The notes: generated from the sequence alone by a model not told the origin. Positions 46,980 through 56,598 are shown, counted from the stretch's first letter. The stretch: 56,598 nt of DNA from an uncultured Candidatus Saccharibacteria bacterium (GCA_964603485.1 CAZRVE010000001.1:42342-98939); one strand, 5' to 3'. A program made the numbers and translations.

Positions 46980-47900
46980 ATGTACGATCTTGCAATCCTT
47001 GGAGGCGGGCCGGCTGGTGTAGCGGCAGGAGTATATGCCTCTCGAAAAAGACTCAAAACTGTATTTATTACTGACTCTTGGGGCGGTCAATCTGTCGTAT
47101 CAGAAGGAATCGAAAACTGGATTGGAACAATAAAGATTCCCGGCACACAGCTTGCCGAAGATCTAAAAAATCACCTAAAAGCATATGCTGGAGATATTGT
47201 AGATATCCATGAAGGAGAACGCGTTACCACAATCACAAAGAAAGGTGAGTCATTTATGGTGAGAACTGATAAGGGAGAATACGAGGCGAAAACCGTCCTC
47301 GTTACAACAGGAAGCCATCGAAGAAAGCTCGAGATCCCTGGGGCAGAGCAATATGAAAATAAAGGAATCACCTACTGTGCGTCCTGCGACGGCCCGCTTT
47401 TCTCTGGTCAAGATGTAGTAGTAATCGGAGGAGGAAATGCCGGCTTTGAAACTGCAGCCCAGCTTCTTGCATATACAAAAAGCGTCACACTCCTCAATCG
47501 TGGAAATGAGTTTAAAGCAGACCCCGTAACTGTCTCAAAAGTGCTTTCTCATGCAAACATGAAATCCATCATGAATGCTGTTCCTGTTGAGATAAAAGGT
47601 GATTCGTTCGTAAAAAGCTTAGTGTACGAAGACGCAACCACCAAGGAACAACACACTATCGATACTACAGGTATTTTTGTAGAAATCGGACTTCTTCCAT
47701 CTACTGAATTTGTAAAAGACGTAGTAGAGCTTAACCAATACGGACAGATCGTTACCGATCCTCGCACCCAAGCGACTAAAACGCCCGGTATTTGGGCCGC
47801 AGGTGACGTTACTGACACTCTTTACCATCAGAACAATATTGCAGCCGGAGACGCGGTTCGGGCACTCGAAGACATCTATATCCACCTTCACGCAAAATAA
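46980..47900 (+). CDS. trxB: Thioredoxin-disulfide reductase
   Basis: GGGPAG FAD motif, redox CASCDG, NADPH GGGNAGFE. Confidence 0.85.
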   Translation: MYDLAILGGGPAGVAAGVYASRKRLKTVFITDSWGGQSVVSEGIENWIGTIKIPGTQLAEDLKNHLKAYAGDIVDIHEGERVTTITKKGESFMVRTDKGEYEAKTVLVTTGSHRRKLEIPGAEQYENKGITYCASCDGPLFSGQDVVVIGGGNAGFETAAQLLAYTKSVTLLNRGNEFKADPVTVSKVLSHANMKSIMNAVPVEIKGDSFVKSLVYEDATTKEQHTIDTTGIFVEIGLLPSTEFVKDVVELNQYGQIVTDPRTQATKTPGIWAAGDVTDTLYHQNNIAAGDAVRALEDIYIHLHAK

Positions 47901-47901
47901 C

Positions 47902-47929
47902 AAAAACCCCGACATGTGTCGGGGTTTTT
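47902..47929. terminator. Bidirectional intrinsic terminator, family 3
   Basis: aaaaaccccgacatgtgtcggggttttt between convergent trxB and CAP-domain gene. Confidence 0.7.
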
Positions 47930-47930
47930 G

Positions 47931-48983
47931 TTAGAGCACTACGACTTCTGGGAAGAGTACCACTCGAAATACGTACGCAAGAACGCAGATTAAAATAATG
48001 AGAAATATTCCAAATCCAATGTGTTTCGGATGCTGTTTCCTAAGCTCTATTCCAATCATAAGCGCCAATGCGAGAAGGACAAAAGCGCCCAAAATCAGGT
48101 ATACGGAACTCACTGCTTTCTTTGGACTTGCAAGCATCTCTAACGCAAAACTTTTTTCCTCTCCTTGGGACATCTGCCCTGATTCCGCACTCACAGAATT
48201 ACCTCCTTCAACATTTTCCGCCTCAATATAGGTCTCGGTTTCACCTAAGACACGAGTCGGCTTTGTGATAATCGGAGAAGTTGTTGGAGACGGAGTTGCA
48301 ACAGTAGGCTTCACGACAGATTTCACTTGAGCTTTTAGAGTCGTGGTGCTTGTGGTCGCGCGAGTCTGAGCATTTACTGGAGTCACTTTTAAAGCATTCT
48401 CCACCAAGCGCGTAGGAGTATTGCGCAAAGGCTTTCCAAACATCTGTACTACAAAAATAGTCTCTCGTCCGTTGTAATACCCCTTTGCGGTTGCAATACC
48501 AATCTCTGTAAATTTACTATTAAGAATATTGGCACGGTGTCCAGGAGAATTCATCCATGCACTATCAACATCAGTAGAATCCACGAAGTTAATCGCCAAG
48601 TTTTCTCCCGCATACTGAAAGTCATACTGAGCTTCTTTAAACCAATACCAAGGAGTCTTACCCTCAGGGCTTGTATGAGCAAAATACCCCTTGCTTGCCA
48701 TGTCATTTGCCTTCTTCTGGGCCGCCACCTCAAGGAGTGGGTTTGTAGTGAGAGAAGAAAGTTTATTGTTTACTCGGTTATTATTTGCAAGCTCCACAAG
48801 AGATCTTGGGATTACCGCAGAAAGAAGAGAGGTCTCTTGAATTACAGTTACATGAAGAATTCCAACAAAGAAAACAAGGAGGGCGATGAAGGAAAGAATT
48901 CCAACTGACGCCTTTCGCATAATATGGGGAACGTATTCATTCTCCTCGTTCGGAATAAAATATTTCTTCACAAAAGCTTTCAT
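47931..48983 (-). CDS. CAP/SCP/PR-1-like domain protein with N-terminal TM, Thr/Ser/Pro-rich linker and C-terminal hydrophobic tail
   Basis: GYFAHTSPEGK...GENLA...WMNSPGHRANIL CAP signatures. Confidence 0.7.
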   Translation of the reverse strand: MKAFVKKYFIPNEENEYVPHIMRKASVGILSFIALLVFFVGILHVTVIQETSLLSAVIPRSLVELANNNRVNNKLSSLTTNPLLEVAAQKKANDMASKGYFAHTSPEGKTPWYWFKEAQYDFQYAGENLAINFVDSTDVDSAWMNSPGHRANILNSKFTEIGIATAKGYYNGRETIFVVQMFGKPLRNTPTRLVENALKVTPVNAQTRATTSTTTLKAQVKSVVKPTVATPSPTTSPIITKPTRVLGETETYIEAENVEGGNSVSAESGQMSQGEEKSFALEMLASPKKAVSSVYLILGAFVLLALALMIGIELRKQHPKHIGFGIFLIILICVLAYVFRVVLFPEVVVL

Positions 48984-49026
48984 TAGCTATAATTATACCA
49001 CATCTAAAGAATTTAGACAATATGCC

Positions 49027-49632
49027 CTATTCGCGCACCCTTTCCGTAAACACCACCAAACGCTTATCGTAGGTCTTCGTCTTAGGGTCCCACGTACCAT
49101 CACATGTTATCAGATTAAGCATCTCGCCTGAAGCCTCTCCAAATATCTCCTCAAGGGGAGGGTTCTCATAATCCACGAGCCGTATTTCCCTTACCATAAA
49201 AGCCAGCCTCTCTCCCCCGTCCGTCTCAACATATACCTTGTCCCCAATCCTCAGTTGTTTAAGATTAAAAAATACAGCAGGCCTTCCTCCTCCATTATCG
49301 AGATGTCCCGCAAGAACCGCATTTCCAATTGCCCCAGGAATAGGTCCGTATCGATACCAGCCCACATCTTCATATTTAACCGGCACAGCCATATTCCCCG
49401 ACTTAGTCTTACCTACCGGAAGCACAGCACCTTCAATATTGGCGACAGGAATAGTAACCCTTATTGGCGTGGATGTTCCTACATCACCTGTAAATATTCC
49501 ACCCTCCGGAACCGGAACTGAGACAAGATTTCTTGCATTGTTTTTCTCTATCGCAACAAATATCAGACCCAACAAAATAAGAAATACCGCATTTGCAACA
49601 AGTATTTTTTTATAACGGGAAAAAAACATCAT
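49027..49632 (-). CDS. Sortase family transpeptidase
   Basis: N-terminal TM. Catalytic triad context AVLAGHLD (His), LNLITCDG (Cys), RLVVFT (Arg). Confidence 0.75.
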   Translation of the reverse strand: MMFFSRYKKILVANAVFLILLGLIFVAIEKNNARNLVSVPVPEGGIFTGDVGTSTPIRVTIPVANIEGAVLPVGKTKSGNMAVPVKYEDVGWYRYGPIPGAIGNAVLAGHLDNGGGRPAVFFNLKQLRIGDKVYVETDGGERLAFMVREIRLVDYENPPLEEIFGEASGEMLNLITCDGTWDPKTKTYDKRLVVFTERVRE

Positions 49633-50195
49633 AATTGTTCTGTCTCAAGTGTACGCAAAAGACTGAGGAGAAGATTAATGAGCTCAGTAAGAGCTTTAAT
49701 CTGGGATTGCTGATCTGCGTTAAAAGACGGAACATTATCTGTATTTGGTTTCGCAAAATAAGTGACCACATAGGAGGCGTTCCCCCCTTGATAGGATCCG
49801 TCCACAATAGAGATACCTATTTCTTTAAAATCGGGTCGTAAGATATTGGCCCGATGAGAAGCGGACCGCATCCAATCAGATATGATCTCTGATTCTGTTT
49901 TAAAGTTCACTGCGAGATTCTCTCCGGCATTGTCGTAAAGATATCCCGCATCTTCAATAAAAGACCATGGAACTCCTTCAAGGGACTGCGTATGTTTGAG
50001 CTCCCTTAAAAACGTGAGGGCCGTAGCCTTGTTAAGAGCTGCAAGACTCAGTTTGTTATTTTGAACCAAAGGCGCCAGTCCTGCAGAAATCCTCTCATCA
50101 TTTATCTCCTCAAGAATACGTTCTGTATTGAGAGCATAGGAAGGCAACGGGAGGAAAAGTACAATAAAGAGGAGAATTGTAAATCGCTTCATCAT
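49629..50195 (-). CDS. Secreted CAP/SCP/PR-1-like domain protein
   Basis: Signal peptide. GENLAVNF...WMRSASHRANIL. ATGA overlap with sortase gene. Confidence 0.7.
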   Translation of the reverse strand: MMKRFTILLFIVLFLPLPSYALNTERILEEINDERISAGLAPLVQNNKLSLAALNKATALTFLRELKHTQSLEGVPWSFIEDAGYLYDNAGENLAVNFKTESEIISDWMRSASHRANILRPDFKEIGISIVDGSYQGGNASYVVTYFAKPNTDNVPSFNADQQSQIKALTELINLLLSLLRTLETEQL

Positions 50196-50276
50196 CCTAT
50201 TATACAGCTCAAATACAAAAGAATCCCAAGCATACGCGAGGGATTCTTTTTGAACTTATTTCCTATCTGAGAGAGT

Positions 50277-53200
50277 CTATTTTTGAAGCTTAAGAACCCG
50301 GAATGAGATGTAATTAAGCGCGAGGAGAGCGATAATGCCAGAAAGGATAATCGCGACAGCATTTACTGCAGAAGTCTGAGGTTCTGCTATTGGAGCGTTA
50401 CCTGTATCTGGAAGACCAGGGAGCTCTGTGAAGGCGCCTGCTACCTCTGAGGAGCTAGGAACTAAACTTCCTCCTGAAGAGCCACCCCCGCTCCTACGAG
50501 ACTGTCCTGTGGTATTTGTTGAAGAACCACCTCCACCACCACCGTCACCACCGCAACCATCTGTACAATCGGAGACCCCAATGAAGTCATCGTTAGTGAC
50601 AGTACACGTCTTTGATTCCCCAGCGCCCATAGTGCCAGAACATTCGGTTGAGTAACTTACGTTATATCCTAGAGAATCATTCTCAGTAACAGAGTATGTT
50701 CCAGGGTCAAGAGTGATTGTGATTCCAGTTGAAGAACCCTGGACAGAACCTTGCGATGGATTTGTTCCAGCAATCGTGAAGGTGAAGTCCGTAGATGTAG
50801 CTGTTCCAACCAAGTTATCATTTATCACATTCTTAATGATAGTCAGAGTTCCTTTTGTAGGACCGCCATCACAATCGCTGTCACAGTCAACAGGAGGCTT
50901 TTCACACGTATCAGCATTCACGCTTAAGGTTGTTGACGCAGACTTATTAAGAGTTCCCTCTTGCCCATAAGAAGCAACCGCGTATGCAGTATTCTTCACA
51001 TCACAGACATTTGGCAATATATTGAGCGCCTCTACTGCATCAACGTCGTATCCGTCAGCCTCTTGCTCAAAGAGAGTCTTATTAGAATCCTCTGTAAGAC
51101 GAATCTTTGACGTAGTCGCAAGGGAACCAAGATCAACCGCCTGGTCTCGAGTAACTGTTCCCAAAATGGTCCAGCCAATTCCATTCCAAGCTTCTACCTT
51201 TACCTTCTCATCAGGATAAGTTGTTCCTCCGGTAATTTCATAAACTTTTACGTCATTACCAGGACCGTTAAATATTGTTCCTCCGAAGGTTACTACAATA
51301 CTTCCATTATCGAATCCGAGAGAGAAGAATGAGTTTGGCACAACCGTATCATATGGATTACCTGCGGACTGCGGTGCTCCAAACATCTTCGTTGGATCTG
51401 TTCGATCAGAAAGGATGTTTGTTCCGTTCTTCCTCTTTGCTTGATTATTTTGCTCAGAACCAGACGCCCACTTTAGATTTGCATTCCATGCATCAAGAGA
51501 GGCGATGAATGAAACACTTCCAGAAGATCCTGAAGTCTGTGCTCCTAAATTCCAGGTAACGGTACCAGGAGTGGTGAGGACTTCTCCACCAAGAGTCGCA
51601 GAAACAAACGAAAGTCCTGCAGGAATTGGATCCGTAATCACAAGATTTGAGACGTTGCCATTAGAAACCGCCCAGTCAATAGTGAAGGTAATTTCTCCCG
51701 TTGAAGTTGCGTAGCTTGCGGATTTTGAGAGATTGACAGTTGGAGCATCAGGACATTTTTCATTCCATACAATCACATAGACATTAGTATCTTGAACATT
51801 AATCATTACAGATGAAGAGGTTGCATTTCCTTCTGCATTTGCAAAGCTACTCCCCACACTGTAGCCATTAAGTCTAAATTTTCCAGGTTGACACTGTCCT
51901 CCGATTGGAATTACGAGCGCATCTGCTGGTTCTGTTGCATTTGTACGCTCTGCAACTTGTGCCGTACTTTGGAAATCAATGAGTTCTGGACTTTCCCATA
52001 CGAAGTTATTGCCAGAATTAAGAGTCGCATTACCGCTTCCTGCACTCGTTACATAGTCAATTCCAAATTGATTTCCTTCGCTCGACTGTGAATTTGCAGG
52101 CTCGCCGTTGATGTATTTCTTTACGATTACTCGGGAAGTCTCATCCTGAGGATCATCATTTCCGCAATCTTTTGCAGTCCAAGAAAGGTTGAACAAGAGA
52201 CCTCCAGGATTATTTTCCTTAGAAAGGTTTGGACGCGCGAGGTTCTTCACTCGAATTTCAAGGGTGTTTGATCCATCCACAAGAAGACTTGTTACATCCC
52301 ATGTGTCAGCCGAAGAGTGATTATCTTCAGAAGCATCTACCATAGGAGGAATGCCAGGTTGTCCGTTTACCCAAACCTCATACTCATTATCAGCAGCAAT
52401 CTTTAGAGATCCTGATTCTGGAGTACCGACAACATTAAACGTCCTTGTAAACGTTACCCATTTATCGACTGTCCAGTTTGCATCATATGGATCTTCTGAC
52501 CAAATCCATTTTGCATTCGCATCACCAACATTTGCTTCCCACACACTGCCACCAGGACCATCAAGGGCTTGGATTGCAGAAACAACGGAGACTGGTACAG
52601 AGTTGGTGTTTGGAGTTGAAGTAGCTCCATCAATATTTACAAGAGTGATTTTTGTATCTTCATCACTGACGACTGACCCCAAAGTAGGATTACAGTCTGG
52701 CGCACATTGCACACTCGCATTATCAAGAAATACCCCAAGAGAATTCGAGCTATTAAGCCCCGCATCAGCAAAAGCAACTCGGGTCATTGTGGAAGTTGCA
52801 GTAACCTTGACCACATAATCTTTCCAGATATTTGTAGTTTCAGAAGATCCGTCTCGAGAAATTGTCCCCGTAGCGGAAGTTCCTCCCCACAAAACACTGA
52901 GCATATTATCCTGAGTTCCTGTACCTGGCCTTGGTGCGAAAGCAAATTTCACAACATACTCTTTTCCAGGAACGGTTGGAATGTCTTGGTAAATTCGAGC
53001 TGATGCAGGCTCTCCACTCAATGCACTATCCGGGCCACCCCAATCTGTATCAAGCTCTGCATACTGAGCCCCTTCGTCCGCAAGCCATAGAGGATTTACT
53101 GATCCGCCTTTATGGAGTTCAAGATTTGCGGTGTCAGGAATAAAGACACTATTAAATTGAGTCGAAGATGGAAGAAGCCACTCTACGCCCCAACCAAGCT

Positions 53201-55202
53201 CCGTTGCTCCATTAGGATATATATTCCATCCTGCACTGTGAGTAACTACCGGTTTTTCAAAGCTTCCATTCGCAAGAAGCTCTACACCCGGCTCACATAC
53301 TAACTGCTTTGGAGTACAACGAACATCCACAATCTTTACCACAAGGTCATTGTAGTCCGGCTCAACTTCTTGACCCCAAGATCCTGAAAGAAGATCTTCG
53401 AACGCAACTACATACCTGTTATTTCCAGGGTTGTAGACAGCAACATGATCTTTTCCTCCATCATTTGTATTAAGTGCTTTTTCTGAGAAAAATACTTCAT
53501 CAGCTGAACCATTATCACTCACAATCGCAAACCCTACTGAACCATTTGAAGCAGGAATAGTTACTGGGATCGCTGGATCAGTTATAGAAAGTTCAGGGAG
53601 TGAATCATACGATCCGTTCAAAGGATCCCCTACGCGAAATATTCCAGTGAAGCTACCAGGTACGCCTTTCTTGTACCATCCAAAAACTTGATTGTTTGCC
53701 GCTTGCTTCCCAACAAGCTTCACCGCAAATTTTGCATCGGCTGCATTCGGATCAATATCCCACACCTGTGTATTCACCTGGTCGTTCTCTGGATCAATAC
53801 TCAAAACAGGTACAGATTCAGCAAATATTTGAGCAAGGTCTTTCTCTGCAAGTGGTGCCTCACCAAGGACAAACTCTTCATCGTCGCCAAGGTTATTTGG
53901 AATCATGCAAGAATTGTCTCGGTCTGGAGGAGGTGGAGTATCGTCGCAACGTGGACTGTTTACCTTTACCATATCAGAGTACGCATCTTTTGTAATGGAC
54001 TCTTCACCAAACATTGCATGTGCATGCGCTTTGTTTTTAGCAATTTCACAAGTCTTCTCTGTCCATAGCTCTACGCGAAAAGTAATAGTTCCCTGTGAAC
54101 CTTCTTCTTTTGCTCCAAGATTCCAAACAACTTCTCTATCTTGTGTTGGATTTGAAGGGTGGAAATTACGAGATCCTGGAAGAAGTGGTGGTGTTGTTGA
54201 CGGCACCATAGTATTCACCGCCAAATCTGTCCATGCAGGCAATGTGTCAGTAATGGTGAGATTGTCTACATCATTTTCTTTAACACTCCAATTAATTGTA
54301 TAAGTGACTCGGTGGTTCCCGTCATACTGAGCCGTCTTAGAAAGTTCTATTTCTGGCTCTGTCGGGTCATTCTCTCCACACCAAATATCACCATCTGGCT
54401 TAGTTGGCTGTTGATTCTGAGGGTTTACTGGACCATTATAGAGATAATCACCGTGACCCTCGTGGTCAGGTCCACCATCCCATGCACTTTCATTTATTCT
54501 AATCGCCTCCCAAGGATTATTTTCACTTGCGGTAAGGTGGCAGATATTTATTTTCTTAATTTCATCTCCCGAAACAACTACACCGTCTACTCGAAAATGT
54601 TCATCATCGGCACTTGATTGGTTACGAAAACGAAGACGAAAAGAGGTTTCATCTAAAGATTCTGGCAAATCGAAAAGTCCCTGATTCGTCCAAGTTGAAT
54701 CACTATTTAAGTTATGACTCTTTAATTGAGCCCAACCTCCTTCTTCGTTACACTCACCTTCTCCAGTATTGTATTCAACGATACCGTTATCTCCCTCTTC
54801 TTCAGCCTGAGCATCACCTCTCCAATAATAAGAGAGCTGTAATCCTGTTTTGTCTTGAGCATTAATTTGTCGACAAATCCAACCATCCTGAGAACCAGCA
54901 TCTCCACTATCTTCGGCAATTTTTGCAAAACGTCCTCCATTTGGACTTACTGTATCTTCGCCACTTTCAGTAGCTTTTTTTGCAATGGTTCCTTCCTCGT
55001 GTTCATCCCAATCAGGAATATTTGCTAAATCATTTCCATTTCCAAATGTCTCAGAAAAAACGTTCGTCGCTGCAATTACTTCCTGAATTGCAAAAAGTCC
55101 AGGACCAAAAGCCTGGAATACCAAAAGAAACGCAAGTAATGCGCTCGCAAGACGTCGGGAAACATTCTTCCAGCCCTTTTGCGAAGTGAAAAGTGTGCTC
55201 AT
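50277..55202 (-). CDS. Giant (1641 aa) cell-surface protein with signal peptide, DUF11-like repeats, Cna-B-like domain and C-terminal LPxTG sorting signal
   Basis: N-terminal signal peptide. Repeats TDTLPAWTDL.../ITDPIPAGLSFVSATLGGEV..TWNLG. DPGTYSVTENDSLGYNV. Gly/Ser low-complexity. C-terminus LPDTGN + hydrophobic helix + RVLKLQK. Confidence 0.8.
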   Translation of the reverse strand: MSTLFTSQKGWKNVSRRLASALLAFLLVFQAFGPGLFAIQEVIAATNVFSETFGNGNDLANIPDWDEHEEGTIAKKATESGEDTVSPNGGRFAKIAEDSGDAGSQDGWICRQINAQDKTGLQLSYYWRGDAQAEEEGDNGIVEYNTGEGECNEEGGWAQLKSHNLNSDSTWTNQGLFDLPESLDETSFRLRFRNQSSADDEHFRVDGVVVSGDEIKKINICHLTASENNPWEAIRINESAWDGGPDHEGHGDYLYNGPVNPQNQQPTKPDGDIWCGENDPTEPEIELSKTAQYDGNHRVTYTINWSVKENDVDNLTITDTLPAWTDLAVNTMVPSTTPPLLPGSRNFHPSNPTQDREVVWNLGAKEEGSQGTITFRVELWTEKTCEIAKNKAHAHAMFGEESITKDAYSDMVKVNSPRCDDTPPPPDRDNSCMIPNNLGDDEEFVLGEAPLAEKDLAQIFAESVPVLSIDPENDQVNTQVWDIDPNAADAKFAVKLVGKQAANNQVFGWYKKGVPGSFTGIFRVGDPLNGSYDSLPELSITDPAIPVTIPASNGSVGFAIVSDNGSADEVFFSEKALNTNDGGKDHVAVYNPGNNRYVVAFEDLLSGSWGQEVEPDYNDLVVKIVDVRCTPKQLVCEPGVELLANGSFEKPVVTHSAGWNIYPNGATELGWGVEWLLPSSTQFNSVFIPDTANLELHKGGSVNPLWLADEGAQYAELDTDWGGPDSALSGEPASARIYQDIPTVPGKEYVVKFAFAPRPGTGTQDNMLSVLWGGTSATGTISRDGSSETTNIWKDYVVKVTATSTMTRVAFADAGLNSSNSLGVFLDNASVQCAPDCNPTLGSVVSDEDTKITLVNIDGATSTPNTNSVPVSVVSAIQALDGPGGSVWEANVGDANAKWIWSEDPYDANWTVDKWVTFTRTFNVVGTPESGSLKIAADNEYEVWVNGQPGIPPMVDASEDNHSSADTWDVTSLLVDGSNTLEIRVKNLARPNLSKENNPGGLLFNLSWTAKDCGNDDPQDETSRVIVKKYINGEPANSQSSEGNQFGIDYVTSAGSGNATLNSGNNFVWESPELIDFQSTAQVAERTNATEPADALVIPIGGQCQPGKFRLNGYSVGSSFANAEGNATSSSVMINVQDTNVYVIVWNEKCPDAPTVNLSKSASYATSTGEITFTIDWAVSNGNVSNLVITDPIPAGLSFVSATLGGEVLTTPGTVTWNLGAQTSGSSGSVSFIASLDAWNANLKWASGSEQNNQAKRKNGTNILSDRTDPTKMFGAPQSAGNPYDTVVPNSFFSLGFDNGSIVVTFGGTIFNGPGNDVKVYEITGGTTYPDEKVKVEAWNGIGWTILGTVTRDQAVDLGSLATTSKIRLTEDSNKTLFEQEADGYDVDAVEALNILPNVCDVKNTAYAVASYGQEGTLNKSASTTLSVNADTCEKPPVDCDSDCDGGPTKGTLTIIKNVINDNLVGTATSTDFTFTIAGTNPSQGSVQGSSTGITITLDPGTYSVTENDSLGYNVSYSTECSGTMGAGESKTCTVTNDDFIGVSDCTDGCGGDGGGGGGSSTNTTGQSRRSGGGSSGGSLVPSSSEVAGAFTELPGLPDTGNAPIAEPQTSAVNAVAIILSGIIALLALNYISFRVLKLQK

Positions 55203-55436
55203 GTGTTTTGTCTACTACTAAATTTAAAAACAAAATAAATAAAAAACTTAAAAAACAGAGATCGAACGGAGAACGTACTGGAAAAAATTATATAGCAAAT
55301 AAAAAGACCAGTCAATAGAACGTGCCCACAAACAGCAAGGCCATACTATCTGAAAAAAGTATACCCTCTCCTTATAAGGGGTCAACAAAAATATAAAGAA
55401 AAAGGGGACAAGCTTTAGCAGCTTGTCCCCACTCTT

Positions 55437-56273
55437 TCACTTGCTCTTGCAAGCGAGACACTCGACGTTCCGTTGTCCCAACTCATGGCCGATATAACCA
55501 GCCACGATTCCCGTGAGAATCATCCCCGCCCAAAACTTCTTGGACTTGAATACACTTCTCTGGACCGGCACCGAAACGGTAACGGTGTCAGGCTTCACGG
55601 CCGGAGGCGGAACCCGAAGGTCGACGAATCGAAGGTGTCCGTACCTGGCCAGAGGAATCACCTGTCCATCCGTCAGTGAGCCAATCCCGTTTGCGACCAC
55701 AGCGGTCCCCACACTAAAACGCAGGGTGTCCGTTGCTGTCCGCTCGACGATCTTCTCGACAGGCTTGGGCGGAGTGGCAAGCTCTTCGCTTGTGCGATAG
55801 CCCTTCACCCCGTTCCAGCAGTCGATTGGAGCAATAGGCATACCCGAGGTCGAATTGTTGCGATTGTAGAGGCAAAGCTCATCTCGTCCGAAGGGTCGAC
55901 GATAGTTGTAGTCGATCACCCCCGCGGTATTTGGACCCTTTCGCAAGGTCGCTACTTGAGCGAGTCCTGCAGGGCACTTCGCCTCAGTCAGCTGTTCGAT
56001 GTACCCGAGAAGTTGCGAAACTTGGGTGAGGTTCGAAGACGGATCAACCGTCCTGAACATGTCAACCAGCTGCTGGCAGGAAACATTGAACATCTCCTTC
56101 CAGGCGGGTCCCGTGCAGGCACCAGGGGTCTTCAAGAGCGCGACCACCTCTGCTTTATGCAGAGGGCCGTCCTTCTTGGAGATCGGGTACCCACGGTCCT
56201 GAGCCATGGCCGGGACCGAAAAGCCCACGAACATGACCAGGGCATAGAAAGCCTCAAAAAACGCCTTTCGCAT
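55437..56273 (-). CDS. Hypothetical secreted protein (signal peptide), strongly G+C-biased codon usage
   Basis: 278 aa. MRKAFFEAFYALVMFVGFSVPAMA signal. Hairpin terminator ggggacaagct-ttagc-agcttgtcccc downstream on minus strand. Confidence 0.5.
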   Translation of the reverse strand: MRKAFFEAFYALVMFVGFSVPAMAQDRGYPISKKDGPLHKAEVVALLKTPGACTGPAWKEMFNVSCQQLVDMFRTVDPSSNLTQVSQLLGYIEQLTEAKCPAGLAQVATLRKGPNTAGVIDYNYRRPFGRDELCLYNRNNSTSGMPIAPIDCWNGVKGYRTSEELATPPKPVEKIVERTATDTLRFSVGTAVVANGIGSLTDGQVIPLARYGHLRFVDLRVPPPAVKPDTVTVSVPVQRSVFKSKKFWAGMILTGIVAGYIGHELGQRNVECLACKSK

Positions 56274-56408
56274 GCGACACTCCTATATCTGAGGTTGGTT
56301 TTGGCCGGAAAATCCGGAATGAAATAGATCAACTTCCTCGCGCACCCTACCACAAACTAAAGATTTTGTAAAGTGCCCTACTCATAACGTGTTTTCTACA
56401 GACTATTG

Positions 56409-56481
56409 TGGGCGGTAGAGGATTCGAACCTCTGACATCAACAACGTCAATGTTGCGCTCTACCAACTGAGCTAACCGCCC
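56409..56481 (-). tRNA. tRNA-Val (anticodon GAC)
   Basis: Reverse complement: gggcggttagctcagttggtagagc...ttGACgt...ggttcgaatcctctaccgccca. Confidence 0.85.
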
Positions 56482-56486
56482 TTATC

Positions 56487-56570
56487 TTTACATCAATTTG
56501 CATACCTACCGAAACAGCTAACTACCCTTTTACATCAATTTGCATACCTACCAAAAGCTAACCGGCCTCC
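56487..56570. repeat. Two tandem ~45-bp direct repeats in the tRNA-Val upstream leader, each ending in a copy of the tRNA 5' start (gctaac)
   Basis: ctttacatcaatttgcatacctaccgaaacagctaac / ttttacatcaatttgcatacctaccaaaagctaacc. Confidence 0.7.
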
Positions 56571-56598
56571 CCTCCATCAAAAAAATAAACCCCATACA

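Noticed and set aside
50428-50655. Plus-strand ORF with a poly-Pro run (EEPPPPPPSPPQP)
   Set aside because: Antisense of the Gly-rich (GGGGGGSS) low-complexity region near the C-terminus of the LPxTG giant protein.
1-56598. CRISPR arrays, integrases, transposases, reverse transcriptases/DGR
   Set aside because: No regularly spaced direct repeats. No ORF with recognisable integrase, transposase or RT motifs. The tandem repeats present are 2-copy leader or spacer duplications and palindromes.

Overview
This 56.6-kb window reads like a small, AT-rich (roughly low-40s % G+C, judged by eye), gene-dense genome with a Gram-positive-type envelope, most likely a Patescibacteria/CPR-like lineage. The lineage call is inference from short genes, many tandem small-membrane-protein paralogs, a sortase with an LPxTG substrate, and a reduced housekeeping set under the standard genetic code.

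The housekeeping backbone is clear:
- **Replication and division:** topA, gyrA, dprA, parB, ftsA, ftsZ and a ftsQ-like gene.
- **Stress, proteolysis and redox:** clpB, trxB and an IscS-like cysteine desulfurase.
- **Translation and RNA processing:** serS, miaA, dus, a short relA/spoT, infB, rbfA, rpsA, rpsU, rpmG, pth, lepB and ybeY.
- **tRNAs:** nine genes, namely Leu-CAA, Trp, Tyr, Cys, Leu-TAA, Lys, Leu-TAG, Val-GAC and a Leu cluster.

The accessory content is layered on top of this backbone:
1. Several tRNA genes carry partial 5' or 3' duplications, pseudo-tRNA fragments and tandem leader repeats. They sit next to visibly G+C-richer 'cargo' genes for secreted or membrane proteins, at 1-1750, 17.2-18.6 kb, 27.5-30.2 kb and 55.4-56.3 kb.
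2. Just downstream of a tRNA-Leu att-like scar lies an operon-like cluster. It encodes an SPFH protein, a polytopic membrane protein with a C-type-lysozyme-like domain, and six tandem VirB2/TrbC-like small two-TM secreted paralogs. These are co-oriented with an SBP, a methyltransferase and gyrA. This is the best candidate for an undescribed envelope or secretion system.
3. A near-consensus sigma70 promoter drives a ~680-nt G+C-rich, ORF-free transcript ending in an intrinsic terminator (38.1-38.8 kb). It is a candidate large structured ncRNA that I could not assign to RNase P, tmRNA or SRP.
4. A membrane-anchored ClpB-like ATPase with a degenerate first nucleotide-binding domain is paired with a small membrane protein.
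5. A GIY-YIG (YhbQ-like) gene is nested between a duplicated 5' fragment of tRNA-Leu(CAA) and the intact tRNA.
6. A sortase / LPxTG giant adhesin / CAP-domain surface locus spans 47.9-55.2 kb.
7. Three families of long perfect palindromes recur in the window: a GCGGTCGC-loop hairpin, a GATC-core palindrome, and a CCCCGACATGTGTCGGGG terminator.

No CRISPR array, integrase, transposase or reverse transcriptase was seen.
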